Source: Octopus sinensis (taxonomy: Eukaryota). From it: a DNA stretch of 64,000 nucleotides. The stretch spans positions 64,666,001 through 64,730,000 of the forward strand of contig NC_043007.1 of the NCBI RefSeq assembly GCF_006345805.1, read 5' to 3'. The notes beneath the pieces are model-generated. The model was not told the DNA's origin, searched no databases, and was given only the letters and a program-made list of their open reading frames with translations. This document shows positions 38,006 through 52,418 of the stretch, one piece after another (within the stretch, counting starts at the first letter, position 1; every line of letters starts with the position of its first letter). The position numbers were made by a program, and so were the translations under genes.

Positions 38006-38130
38006 GAGGGACAAAGGAATTAAGGAGGGGGAGAAGGGAGAGAAAAAGAGGAACAAAGGAATTAAGGAGGTGGAGAAGAGAGAGAAAAAGAGGAACAAAG
38101 GAATTAAGGAGGGAGAGAAGAGAGAGAGAG
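38006..38130 (+). repeat. 42-bp purine-rich minisatellite x3
   Basis: Unit gaggaacaaaggaattaaggaggtggagaagagagagaaaaa. Confidence 0.85.
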
Positions 38131-38719
38131 AACGAGAAAAAGGGAGAGACAGGGACAAAGTGAAGTGCAAAGTAAGAAAGGCAAAGAAATGTAAGAGAGG
38201 TGTGTGTGTGTGGAGGGAAGAGAGTGTTGTAGAAGTTGTACAAAGTTCAGTGAAATGTGTACTTCCATATAAGAGAACAAAGTGTATGTACGTCGTAAGG
38301 TACTGCACAAGTGGAAATATATATGAAAGAAGGTTTGAAAATCCAATTTTAAAAATGTTTATTTACTTTGACCGGTTTCACTTTTTTAAAAAAATGATTG
38401 TCAAAAGTAAAATGTAGTTTTGCATGAGCTTTGTTGTGTTAAGTACTGGTTATCACAAAAGTATTAAAAAACAGAAATACATTCTTTGATAATAATATGG
38501 AAATGTTAAAAATAGTTTACAAGAAAGTATTTAAGAAAGTAATCAGAATGGGACTCCAAATGTAGAGTTCAATAAAAATCATGTTTGTTTGTCAGTATAT
38601 ATATATATAAAAAAGGTGATATATTTAAGAATTTACAAAAAAAATTGTAACTGACCTTTCTGACATTTTTTCTTGTATGTAGGTAAAGAACACAAGAAAA
38701 TGTGAAATTTTCCCATATT

Positions 38720-39150
38720 ACTTCATAATTAAAAAAAAAAACTACCATTTGTTAAATTATACAAATTTCACATTTGATATTTCTGAGGAACAGAAGAATT
38801 ATCTATAAATGCTTATCAATATATGATTCTATTATTCTATATTATCTAAGTCTATGAACTATATTTTGAATACAAGATAATATAATGGATTTTACACATA
38901 ATTATTATGGATTATTACAGAAGAATTACCAAGGAAGCATATATGGATTTAAAGGCTCTCATACTTATGTGTATTTACTGAAATCAAAAGCAGTAATTTT
39001 TTATTTTGTATTTCAAACAAACAACATTTTCCTACATTACATCAAATTTAAAAAAAAACTACCATTTGATAAATTATACGAATTTCATAGTTTTATATCT
39101 CTGAAGAGTAGAAGAGTTGTCTAAAAATGCTTATCAATATTGGATTCCAC
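38720..39150 (+). repeat. Diverged direct duplication (~110-bp units at about 38720 and 39040)
   Basis: aaaaaaaactaccatttg.taaattatac.aatttca...atgcttatcaatat occurs twice. Confidence 0.7.
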
Positions 39151-39469
39151 TTTATATGGACATCCCTTCTGCACAACGATTGTATGATGCTTTAAAAACT
39201 TAATTTGAAACTTTTAAGATGCCATTATTATATATTTATACTTATACATATTAACATATATTTATATATATTTATATTTTTAATACAATTATTTTACACG
39301 CGTATATATCTTCCTGAAGAATTTTCTAATATTGACTTCCTGATATTAATAATATATTATATGAAATATATATAATCGCTCATATTAAGTACATAAATAC
39401 TTTAATAGTATTAATACTTTAATACAATAGACCACTAAATATAAATTCAGTATGTACTATTCTCATTGA

Positions 39470-39539
39470 ATATATTTATACACACACACACACATATATA
39501 TATATATGTGTGTGTGTGTATACATATATATATATGTAT

Positions 39540-39601
<62 letters not shown>

Positions 39602-39826
39602 GTATATGTATATATATATGTATATATGTATATGTATATATATATGTATATATGTATATATATATATGTATATACACATGTATAAATATGTATATATATA
39701 TAGGAGACGGATCAACTGCTGCACATATATATATATATTATATATATAGATGTATATCTATATATATATATGAATATATATATGTATATATAGATCTATA
39801 TCTATATATATGTATATATATATGTA

Positions 39827-39884
<58 letters not shown>

Positions 39885-41297
39885 TCATCATCATCATCAT
39901 CATCGTTTAACGTCCGTTTTCCGCGCTAGCACGGGTTGGACGGTTTGACCGGGGTCTGGGGAGCAGGGACTGCCCCAGGCTCCAGTCTGATCTGGCAGTG
40001 TTTCTACAGCTGGATGCCCTTCCTAACGCCAACCACTCCGCGAGTGTAGTGGGTGCTTTTTACGTGCCACCTGCACAGGTGCCAGAGGAGTCTGGCATCG
40101 GCCACGATCGGTTATTGCCTTTTTTCGTTGCATTGCGGCAGGGCGTAGGGTTCCGGCAGAGAGGGAGAGAGAGTGGGGGGGTGCATGTAATATAGGGGAG
40201 CACCAGTGGGGAAGGTTTGGGGTAAAGAGAAACGATGACAGGTAGGGTTGGTGGCAGGTTCTAGACAGAATGAAAAGTAGGAAGTAAAACGTAGGATATC
40301 ACGAGTGGGGGAGGGGGCTGGAAGGAGATAGCCGGTTGAGGCAGTGACACATTTCAAAACAGGAGGAACATAAGATAACAGGTTAAGTGGGACGTTTGAT
40401 GAGCTGCAGCGCTAGCTGTTTCTGCCCAGGGGGAGAGAGGCAGGGGTAAAATACATAGTGAGAAAGTATATTGAGGAGGAGGGGTAGGAGGAACAGACAC
40501 ACGTAGTGGTGGCGGTGGTAGAGGGGATATCCAGTGAGGATGGTGTAAACAGAGTGTTCTCCGGTATGGGTGGTGGGGGTGGGAGGGCGGGCGAACCGCG
40601 AACGAATGGCGGGCTGCGAAGATTTTGATTGGGGACAGTAGACTTAAAACAATCGGGGTTTGAAGAAATGAACAGAGTAACGAACAAATTAACTTGGTAC
40701 CGAGGGGTTAAACAAATTAAAGGGTTATATTTTAAGAACAAGCAGAATTAGTGAATAGATTCGAACATTTAAGGGTTAACGGCAAATGTATGTGTGTAGT
40801 ACAAGAGTCGGAAGAAATGAAATGAGAATTCTTAGCTTGCTTGCTATGATCATCGCTGTGTGGTCAAGGTATATATATATGTATATATATGTATATATAT
40901 ATGTATATATCTATATATGCGTATAAATGTTTATACATAAATGTATATATGTATATATATGTATATATATATGTATATATCTATATATGCGTATAAATGT
41001 TTATACATAAATGTATATATATATATATATCTGTATATATACATGTATATATAAATGTATATATATATATGTATATATATATATGTATATATATGTATAT
41101 ATATGTGTATTTATATATGTATATATATGTGTATTTATATATGTATATATATGTGTATATATATATGTGTGTATATATGAATAAACATATATATGCATAC
41201 ATGTATATATGTATATATATGTAAATACATGTATTCACTAGTATATATATGTATATATATATATATTTGAATATGTATATTTGTATATATATATGTA

Positions 41298-41333
<36 letters not shown>

Positions 41334-42259
41334 TATACATATATATATGTATATATAGATATATGTATATATGTATACATATATATATGTACATATATAT
41401 TGTATATATATATGTATACCAGCAGTATTGCCCGGCATTGCTCAGGTTTGTTTCGACCCTTTATATTTGGAATTTTTGAAAAGTAAAAATTATGCATCAT
41501 GTAGCTTGTTATCCGCTTTAAGTGAACATTTTTCTGGTTGAAATACACTGAAAAATGGTGACACAGCAGTCAAAAAAATCGTTAAAAAATTGTGATTTTC
41601 ATAGAAAAAAAGCGCCTTTTTGATGTAAATAATTTTTGGTGTTAACATGGTCCAATTTGTACTTTTTCATCTACGGAAAGAAGAGCAAGCCCTCTTCTAT
41701 CATACTATCAATTTTGGTCAACTTGCGCCGCAGGGTCTCGGAGGAGATAGTGTTAGTTGAAGGCTTCCAAACCTGCCATACACAGACAACTTCAGCTTTA
41801 TATATAGAGAGATATATACGGTCAACACACACATTGCATGCATCTGTTTTGTACGCATTAATGCTCGTGTGTGTGTGTGACTGAAACCATTCACACATCC
41901 GTAACAACACTTATCTGTCAATCACTCACTGAAAAGAAATTTTAAAAATCTCTCTCTCTCCCTCTCAACAATATTGTCAACAATAATGGTGTCACTACAG
42001 TGGATTTCTCCGCCTTGAAAATCAAAGTTATGGCTCAAAATTATTTACTGCTATTCGCGGGTGCCTCGGAGGAAAATAATTTGACAAAAATACAGCTTTG
42101 TCGTGACGAATATCCTCCTAAAATTTGAGCGACATGCGTGCTAATTTCTGGATGTGCATAAACTACAATCACGTATACACACACACACACATCCTGTGCT
42201 ATATATATACAGATATATATGTATGTACATATGTATATATATGTATGTACATATGTATA

Positions 42260-42310
<51 letters not shown>

Positions 42311-42439
42311 TTGTATGTATATATATATATATGTATATATACATATATGTGCATATATATATATATATGTATGTATGTATATATATGTATGTACATATAT
42401 ATGTATATGCATATATTCATATAAGTGTATATATTTATG

Positions 42440-42492
<53 letters not shown>

Positions 42493-42878
42493 GCATATAT
42501 CATGTAAGTGTATATATTTATGTATACATATATATGTATATATATATGTATATATATATATGTGTGTATATATATGTATATATGTATATATATATGTATA
42601 TATATGTGTGTATATATATGTATATATATGTAGATATATGTATGTATATATATATATGTATACATATATGTATACATATATGTATATGTATATATATATA
42701 TATGTATATATATATATGTATATATATATGTATATATATGTATATATATATATATGTGTGTATATATATATATATACCTACATATACATATATATGTGTA
42801 TATATATGTATGTATATATGTATATATATGTATGTATATATGTATATATATGTATATATATGTATGTATATGTGTGTA

Positions 42879-42944
<66 letters not shown>

Positions 42945-42945
42945 A
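39470..42945. repeat. Several long (TA)n/(TATATG)n tracts (39470-39885, 40870-41415, 42200-42945)
   Basis: Direct reading. The Y/I/M/C/V-rich ORFs here are artefacts of the repeats. Confidence 0.95.
41419..41808 (-). mobile_element. Non-autonomous Helitron-like element (inverted relative of 21547-21945)
   Basis: Same internal sequence (gctgaagttgtctgtgtatggcaggtttgg...). Ends CTGG|T on the minus strand. Confidence 0.8.
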
Positions 42946-43179
42946 AATTTAAAATAACAAGAGTGAAAAAATTGAATATTAAATTGATTAATATCAATTT
43001 AAAACCAGTGGACTAGCACATTGAAAAATTTGAAGTTTCAGAAAAAATTATATTACATACATATAGGAGGGATGACGTGTAAGTGGATATCCATTATGTT
43101 GCTATTATTATTTAAAAAATAGTTAATGTTAACAAAATCAATGTTACTGTTTTCATTAATTGGATTTGTATTTAACAAC

Positions 43180-43915
43180 TTATTATTATGCGAAGAGATG
43201 ATTTATGAAAGATTTTTTGTGTTAGGAAAACCTATCCTCATTTGGTGAGAATTAACAATCGAATAGCATCTTGGATTTCTTGGGAAATTCTTTTCTATAG
43301 CTTCATGAAACTGGTAAGGGAGGTTGGATTTGATCTGTTTACCATATGAATTATTAACCAAACAGTTTTGCTAGGACATACCTTGTTATTAGGGCAATTA
43401 TCTTTAGAAGTCCTATCCTTACAATGAAAAAAAGGGTCTTAAATAATGGTTATCTCCGTCACGCTGCAGAATTATATTAATCAATTTGGTGTTGTTATTC
43501 AAAGATTGTTATTCAAAGGTTGAGAGTATGGAAATATGAATCATTATGCAAGTTAAGGGTAATATCCAAAAGTTGGTTTTAGTTATATCATTGTCAAAAA
43601 CAATGTTTAAGCCCATGTTTTGGAAAAATTTAACTAACGCTTTGTAATTTTTAGTTAGAAGCAGTTTGAAGGTAGAGTAGACAGTCATCACAATATAGAC
43701 CTCCATTGATGTTTGGGAATTGGTCAGCCATCTCATAAAGGGTATGTATACAGACCAAATCAGTGATTTGTGCTGAATCAGAACTTCCCATCATGACATG
43801 AAAACTGTCAGGTATATCTTTCTGGACCCATAGCTTGTTATCAAATTTAATAATAGAGTTTCTGGCAGCTAACATGACATTAATTTCATCCCTGGTAAGA
43901 CCTGTTTTGTTGTGG
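43180..43915 (-). mobile_element. Penelope-like reverse transcriptase relic
   Basis: FHVMMGSSDSAQITDLV, GLYCDDCL (a decayed GLYRDDGL), TNFWILPL region and TVWFNNSY...IEKNFPR. Confidence 0.8.
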
Positions 43916-44804
43916 TACATATATTTTATATATATATAAATGTATGTATACATGTACATATATTTTAAATATATATGTGTGTGTGTATGTGTATGTATAC
44001 ATATATATATGCATGTGTGAGTGTAACTAGAAATGCATACACACATATACAAGGATGTTATTATCAGTATAAATTTAACTCAATAAATCCACCATTATAA
44101 AACTTTCCAGTCATACTTTACCTTTTGTTATTTATATTTTATGGAATGACATCTGCTAACCAACAACTGTTACCATAGTAATTGTTTATATGTGTGGCAA
44201 TAACATTACATGAATCTAAAACTGTGTAATTGGAATGAAGGCTTTTTTTATAATTGGATGACACCATGCAGAATCCTAACATGTATTTACATGTGTAAAA
44301 ATATATATGATTGTATTTGTGTGTATATTTCCGAATGTGTTTATGTGAGTGTACACACACACACAAGCACACACATACATTCCCTTCACACACACATATT
44401 CCACAACACATATATTATGATTTTCCAAAGCAGTTCCAATGACCAGTCATTAGAACTCAATATACTTACACTTCACAATACTATAAAGTCCACTGACAAG
44501 TAGGTGCGAATTGTTTAGTGCTCTCTGTTTCAGACTCATGAACTAGCAGATTTGTACAGAGCATCATATTGATTTCAAATTTTGGCAGAAGGCCAGCAAT
44601 TTCACAGGGGGTGGGGTAAGTTGATTATATCACGTCCAGTGTCCAACTGGTATTTGTTTTATCAATACCAAAAAAATGAAAGGCAAAGTAACCTTGGTGA
44701 AATCTGAACTCAGACTGTAAAGACAGACAAAATGCTGCTTAGCATTTTGCCAAGCATGTTAATAGTATTGTCAGCTTGTCACCTTGAGCATAATATTAAT
44801 TAAT

Positions 44805-45152
44805 AAACAAGTGCACTCAGAGAGCATAAACCTCCACCAAGGCAACACCAACGTCCTCTCAACGATTAGCCAGAGGTGATTTTTAAAATGAGAATATGTG
44901 AAAGAAACTTGACTGCTCTCACAAATGAGAATACTAAAAGTTAAATAAAATAACAGAAAAATAATCTAGAATCCTTGTCCGGTACCAGATTGGTCCCAAA
45001 ATCTAATCAGTTTGTACCAATAATGAGGCCAAACATCCTTGTAAGTTCCATCTGAATTCATCCAGCAGTTCTTGAGATATCTTGTCCACGGACAAACAGA
45101 CAAACATGACTGAAGACAATACCTCCGCCTTCGCTAAGGCGGAGGTAATAAA
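44805..45152 (-). mobile_element. DINE-1/Helentron-like non-autonomous element
   Basis: Terminal 12-bp hairpin TACCTCCGCCTT-CGCT-AAGGCGGAGGTA (45120-47), a sub-terminal acctccaccaaggc near 44828, and (GACA)-like core repeats. Confidence 0.55.
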
Positions 45153-45179
45153 TAACCAAATAACAGAACCGGTGTAATG

Positions 45180-46245
45180 ACTTTCATTATCTTACTGCTG
45201 TATTATGCTATTAGGAACAATGCTTCTAGAATTGAGTGCCAGCTGAACATATTATAGCTTCCTCAGAACAGAGACAGTTATCTGTTAATGTGATTACTTA
45301 ACTCCTGTTCTTTTGTTCTTTTGAGTCAAAAACTACAGCCTAGAAGACGAGCTGCATCCTGGAAGATCTGTAGGACATCCTTGCAAACCCTGGTGGAACA
45401 AAATTCCATTGTAACTGTTGAGGAACTAGCAGAGAAGCTCGGATTTGGTCATTCAACCATTCATCGACCATTCATTGGAAAAGTAAGCAAATTGAGATAA
45501 TGAGTTCCTCACAAACTTCCCATGTCTAATTGTGTGCAGAGAGTGAATTTTTGCTCTTCTTTGCTATCATGTCTCACAAATGAACCTTTTTTGAACTGAA
45601 TAGGGATTCGTGATGAGTAATGGGTTCTCTATAAAAATGTCAAGGGTAGGGAAAGGAGAAACACCTGCACCCCAGGCTAAAGAAGGTCTTATCCACATAA
45701 GTTGTTGTTATCTGTTTGGTGGGATATGACAGGTTTAGTCCACTTTGAACTTTTAAACCCCAACCAAATGATAACAAAGAAGATCTACTGTGAGCAGCTT
45801 GAGTGGCTTAAGTCAGTGCTAGAATGAAATGACCATCTTTGGTTTCAAGATGAAAGGTGTTCTTCCATCAGGTTAATGCTTGGCCACATACAGTGAGGAT
45901 CACATTCCAAACGTTGGAGCTGTTGGAATGGGAAACGATGCCCTACCCCCCATATTCACCAGACATTGCTCCACCTGATTGTAATTTATTCCGCAGTCTT
46001 CAAAATCATTTGGACAGAAAAAATATGGATTCTGTAGATGAGGTCAGAACATTATTGGAGGAGTATTTTTCATCATGAACAAGTGAAATTTGGAAGAGGG
46101 GCCCTGAAAGTCTACCAGATAAATGGATGAGCATTGTAGAAAATGAAGGAGAGTATATTTTAGATTAAAAATGAACTTAATTTATCTCAATTTTGAAAAA
46201 TAAAAGAAGTATAAAAAATTGCATTATTTGCAGGATGACCCAATA
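45180..46245 (+). mobile_element. Mariner transposase relic
   Basis: PGRS, (G)DE.WVLY, PYPPYSPDIAPPDCNLFRSLQNHL, ENEGEYI. Right TIR ttgcattatttgcaggatgacccaata. Confidence 0.88.
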
Positions 46246-47491
46246 TTTGAGAATAAAAGAGCTCAATGATGGCTTCTTGTAAAAGCAAGTAGAAACTAAT
46301 GCTTCAAGGTAGGGGTAGCATTGTCAAAGAAGAAATGAAAAATATTATTCTTTAGTCTCCATTGGCTCTCTAATGTTATTGCTGTTGTTTTTAGTCCCAG
46401 GTAAAGCTTGATAAAGCTTCAAAGGCATTTCAGCCATTTTCTCTTTTTAGGATCATGTAGGTATTTAATGTGTTCTTCCTTGTTTTTAAGATAGTGGGGT
46501 ACAATCTGAGAAAGATTTGTCTATTTTAGCAAGTCAAGTGTCCTTATATAGGCTCTGTCATTGGTTTTCCTGGTTTTGTATATCATAATAGTTAGATGAG
46601 AGAATTGGTGGAACATTCCTTTATGCTTTGTATTCATATTCCACCCAGGATCACTAATCTTATTATTCTAAGTGTGCTATACCCTACAAAATGGTGCTCC
46701 AGCATGGCCACAGTCCAAAGACTGAAATCAGTAAAATAATAATCCAGTACTTATTTATAATGTCTATCACCAGCCTAGTATTTCTTAGAGATTATCCACA
46801 TATCACTATCATTCTTTCTGTAGCTGGAAAAATTTATTTTCAAAGTGCATTAAAATGATAATGGAAATATAAGGGCACCCAACATCTCACAGAAACTATG
46901 TAAATTAACAGAAAAGGAGCCATCTATGAAATCTGAACAATAACACAAGAAAGAAAGAAATATAGTTTTAACATGTTATATGAACTGATCATATGCATAA
47001 AAGTACTTGTGTGTATAGTTAAGCGTCAACTGTTACCTGCTTGGTAACATGTGCCAGGCTTTCACTAATTGCTTTTGGTACCTATGTAGTAACAAGCAGA
47101 AATAGACATCCTCTTGTTTCTCCTTTTACTCAGTGGCACACTGAAGATGTGACAGCTGGAGGGAGAGCTGTATCAGCATTCAGCTGGTACTCATTTACAG
47201 CTGAGTAGATTGGAGAAAGATGAAATGAAATTAAGCTTTGTTCTCCAGTAATATATGTGAAAATACACAAAACTCAGTTTTCATTGATATGTATATTAGA
47301 GAACTTGCTATTACATCCATTCATATCCAGCTATAGCAATCACTTATAATATAGATTTAAGTTCTCTAGAACTTGTTATTTATTTAAATAGTGCTAAGAG
47401 CACTGGTTTATATTGCAGCTGACACCTCTTAGCACTGAATTAGTGCATCAATATTGTGGTATTTCCTGATCAATGAACATGTGTTTTATCA

Positions 47492-47556
<65 letters not shown>

Positions 47557-48344
47557 GCATACTTCATTATAATTATAATTTTATGTCTGCTTTTTATGAA
47601 CAGGTTATTACAGTTGGAGTCACCACATATTCAGAATACTTCCCACCTTGTTGGCTTGGGGTACTGCACCTCATTTACATTTCATTGTTGACTTGGTTTC
47701 TACCACTGGATACCTTTCCTAACACCAACTACTTTATAGAGTGTACTGGACCCTTTTTTTCATGGCACTAGCATTAGAAAGGTATCATCTCCTTGACAAG
47801 ACTGAAGGGTTTTCATGACTTTACAAAGTGTACTGGACACATTTTTCATGGTACCAGCACTAAATACTAGAGAAGTAGCCATGCTTTCAAAATGTCTGAA
47901 GGGTTCTCTGCTCACTCACCAGCCTCTTTACTGAATGAAAAACATTAATGATAGCAGCATGAAAGAAGAGAGACATGAATGATAGTGGTGAAAGGGATAT
48001 GTGATGGGAGAAGTATGATAAAAGTGCTGAGTATTCTGAGATACATAATTAAGGCAACATAGCTGAAATGGTAGAGCAATGAAAATGTCTGTGTAATCCA
48101 CTATGTGATAGTGTGACAACAGAGACCCAGCTGAGTAATGATAGAAATCCAAGAATGTGTCAGAAAAAGAGAAATGTTAAGATGGTAGACAAACAGGAAT
48201 GGTGATAGCAGGTCATATAGAAGAGGATGAACATAGAGTGTATTGGACACACTTATGCATAAATTTTGAGATTTGCTGGAGAGGTCGAGTTATGAGGGTG
48301 GGGGCAAGAAAAATGGAGAGTATATGGGTCTTGTACCAGTGAAC

Positions 48345-49835
48345 AGCTAGCATGGGTTGGACGATTTGACTGAGGACTGGCGAACCAGATGGCTGCACCA
48401 GGTTCCAATCTGATCTGGCAGAGTTTCTACAGCTGGATGCCCTTCTTAATGCTAACCACTCTGAGAGTGTAGTGGGTGCTTTTACGTGCCACCGGCATGA
48501 GAGCCAATCAGACCACGTTCAAATGGTGTTTTTACGTGCCACCCGCACAGGAACCAATCCAGCGGCACTGGCAACGACTCGAATGTTTTTTCATGTGCCA
48601 GTAAGGCAACGCTGGTAATGATCATACTCAAATGGTGCTTTTTTCATGTCACCGGCATGGATGCCAATTAGCTGTTCTGGCAATGATCATGCTCGGATGG
48701 TGCTCTTTGGGCTCCACTAGCACGGATGCCAGTCATTGAATTTGATTTCAATTTCGATTTTACTTGCCTCAACAGGTCTTCGCAAGCAGAGTTTAGTGTC
48801 CAATGAAGGAAAAGTATGCGTAAGTGGGCTGATTACACCCCAGGCACCATAGGCCACGAGGTTATGGTCTCACTTGGCTTGCCGGGTCTTCTCAAGCACA
48901 GCATATTTCCAAAGGTCTCGGTCACTAGTCATTGCTTTGGTGAGACCTAATGTTTGAAGGTCATGCTTCACTACCTCATCCCAGGTCTTCCTGGGTCTAC
49001 CTCTTCCACAGGTTCCCTCAACCGCTAGGGTGTGGCACTTTTTCACACAGCTACCCTCATCCATTCTTGCCACATGACCATACTAGTGCAGTCGTCTCTC
49101 TTGCACACCATATCTGATGCTTCTTAGGTCCAACTTTTCTCTGAAGGTACTAACACTCTGTCGAGTATGTACAATGACATTACACATTCATCGGAGCATA
49201 CTGGCTTCATTCCTTGCAGTCACAGCCCATGCTTCACTGCCATGTAGCATGGCTGTTCATACACATGCATGATACAGTCTACCTTTTACTCTGAGTGAGA
49301 GGCCCTTTGTCATCAGCAGAGGTAAGAGCTCTCTGAACTTTGCCCAGGCTATTCTTATTCTAGCAGCTACACTTTCAGTGCACCCTCTCCCGCTACTGAC
49401 TTGGTAACCTAGGTAATGCAGGCTATCAACTACTTCTAGTTTTTCTCCCTGGAATGTGGTGGAAGTTGTTCTCTGCACATTTTCAGTGTTTATTGCTCCT
49501 GAGCCAGATATTTTGAGCATCTGTGCAGTGATTCCTGATGGGCTGGGGGCTTTCCCTGTCTTCATACTCTTAATTGCTTTATCTACCAAGGTACTGTCAA
49601 CTCAGATAGCTGGTCCCTCTGTTGGGTCGACATTCGGCAGAATCTCTTTCTCCCATTCACTTTCTTTATTGAGCAACCTTTCATAGTGGTGTCTCCAAAC
49701 CTCTTTCTTTGCAGCCTCATTTAGTGCAAGTGAACCATCATCCATGCAGACATATTTCTCTTCTACAACATTATAATTCTCTCTCACATACTGTCTTGCA
49801 ACACGAAATACCTTAAGTCTTTGGTCCTCACAGCG
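48345..49835 (-). mobile_element. RTE-clade LINE relic lacking the RT core
   Basis: KAIKSMKTGKAPSPSGITAQMLKISG joins directly to SGAINTENVQ...EKLEVVDSLHYLG, then RRL.*YGHVARMD...GRGRPRKTW and the 3' tail repeats. Confidence 0.88.
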
Positions 49836-49959
49836 CATATATATATATATCTACGCTTATAATTTTCAAAAATCATCTTCCAGTAATGCATGTGCAAAGA
49901 TATACAATAGCTGGATGGAGTTAGCTGCATCATACTTACAAATATGTGCCCAAAGAACT

Positions 49960-51180
49960 TCCTTTCTTCATAACTTTCAGAAAAATAGATATTTTTAATG
50001 AAATTTTCTATAAATACACTTCAGATGGTATAGATTCTGATTATATTGGAATATGTTGTGAAATGGAGTTTTTGAGAAAATGTGATATGTGTCAGTATGT
50101 GTACTATCCCACCAATATTTATTTTCATATTAAATTCTGATAAATATACATTCTGTATATCAGTAATCTATACACTCTAAAAGGTATTTGTCAAAATGTT
50201 CACTGTAGAATGCCCATTTTTCTGAAAGTTATGAGGAAATGAATCCAACTTGGTGTGAATTTTCTGAAGCTCCTCTCTCCATTCCCCTGACTAAATTTTT
50301 TCACAACAAATTTAGATATAATCAGATCCTACACCACCTGAAGTGTATTTATAGAAAATTTCCTTAAGAAATATCTATTTTTCTGGAAGGAATGAGGAAA
50401 CAAAGTTAGTGGAACACATCCGTGTATGTATGCCCATTGCTTTAACATAAGTGTCATTGATTATAATTTTTAAAAAATACATGTTTATTACAGACTTCCG
50501 GTAACACATGTACAATGATTTACAGTAACCAGCCAGAGTGAAGTGTTCACAGACTGCAGTTTTTGTACATTGTATAGATTCCAATAATATACAAATTTGT
50601 TGTGAAAATATTTTTGCAAGGATAGTGAGAGGTGTTTCAGAAAATTCACAAAAGTCAGCTTTGTTTCCTCATAACTTTAAGAAAAATGGGTATTTTTTTA
50701 ATGAAATTTTCTACAGATACCTTTCAGAGTGTGTAGATTATGATCATATCAGAATTTAATATGAAAAAGAAAAAAAAATATTGGTCGGAAGGCATACATA
50801 CTGATGCACATGACATATGTCTATTAAATATAACTCAAAATTTCAGAAAAGATTGTGATATGTATCAGCATGCATATGTGCATACTCACCGTTTCCTTTT
50901 TCACATCAAATTTCTATATAATCGCAATTTACACACTCTGAAAGGCATTTGTAGAAAGTTTCATTAAAAAATACCCATTCTTTCAAAAGTTATGAGGGAA
51001 CAAAGCTGACTTGCATGAATTTTCTGAAACTCCTCTTCCCACACCCTCCAAAAATATTTTTTTTACAATAAATTCTCATATAATTGGGATCTACACCATC
51101 TGAAGCATACTTGTAGGAAATTTCATTAAAAAATATCTATTTTATCTGGAGATTATGAGGAAACAAAATTGGTGGAGCAC
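49960..51180. repeat. Cluster of alternating inverted ~100-160-bp subunits (compound foldback)
   Basis: 49960-50047 pairs with 50308-50405, and 50590-50750 pairs with 50920-51075. A further copy lies at 51080-51180. Confidence 0.75.
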
Positions 51181-51424
51181 ATTTGTGTATGTGCATACAT
51201 TGCTTTTCACTCTCATTTTGTATGTAACAATATTTGATTATATAACTGCATGTGATATATAAACAAAGAATATGCTTCTTTCATTTGGTTTGCATCAAAA
51301 GGATGACAATAATATGAATGAGATGGGTTCAATATTTCACTACACATCAACCTAAATAAGATAATGATATTCACAATGATATTTTGTTTAGTAGCAAATA
51401 CTAACTGTATTAAAAATACATCAT

Positions 51425-51465
<41 letters not shown>

Positions 51466-52342
51466 TAAAATTATTTGGCAGTATTTAGGTAGTAATTTTT
51501 CATTGTTTATAAATCCTTGTTGTTTTAATATAATTGCATTTCATCTTATAGCTCTACAGCATTTCTATTATTAATGTTTGAGCTTCATTCATGTTTCTTA
51601 TCTTGCCAGCATTCTTCCCACATGCATGTCAAATATATACTTATACATATACACTATAGGAATATCTGATACAATGATATCAAACCAATGTAAAACATGC
51701 TATCTTAAAGATAGTGTGTTCACACTAGTATATATATAACATAATTTTAACATGTTTTGTTAAGCAATATATGTGTGTGTATATGTACATGCACACACAC
51801 ACATCTATCAGTCTGTTTATACACAAATGCATACATACAAACACAATGAATAAATATAAATATATAATATATATGTATTATATGTATATATAATGTCTGT
51901 ATGTATGTGCATGTGTAAGAGAGAGATAGAGAGAGTACACAAAGATATTGTATGTATCTTTCCATAGACACAGTCTATAGAATTGTGTAATACCACTGAA
52001 ACAATATAAAAGAAAGAAACAAGATATCTAGTTAAAAAAAAGGGGGATAGTAAGGGAGGTGAGAGAAAGAGCAAGGTAATATTCACAGAGTGAATCAAGA
52101 CAATGAATATGCAAGTATATTTGGAATTTTTCCTCAGCTGTTGATATTCATAACAAGCATCACTACATTCCTCCTCTTTCCATATATATATATATATATA
52201 CTTTTGGTGCAAATGGTTTTGTTATACAGCACCATATTTTACAATCCTGTAAATAATAATAATGATCACCATGCAATGACTAAGGAAAATAGCTTAATAA
52301 GGGGGAATATAAGCTCTCGACAGAAAAAAGAAGGTTTTCCTA

Positions 52343-52418
52343 TCTGTGTGGGACTCGAACCCACATCCCTTTGTTAATGCGACTAAGTGTGTTCATTCTT
52401 AGTTTTGCCAACTGAGAT
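52343..52418 (-). other. tRNA-derived remnant (SINE head or tRNA pseudogene)
   Basis: Minus strand has tctcagttggcaaa (A-box-like) and GGTTCGAGTCCCAC (B-box/T-arm). No complete cloverleaf. Confidence 0.45.

Noticed and set aside
40822-40868. MRILSLLAMIIAVWS followed by AG|GTATAT, resembling a signal-peptide exon
   Set aside because: Only 15 codons, an overlapping upstream ATG-AAA-TGA, a weak donor running into a TA tract, and no convincing downstream exon. The candidate acceptor at about 60947 gives no recognisable peptide.
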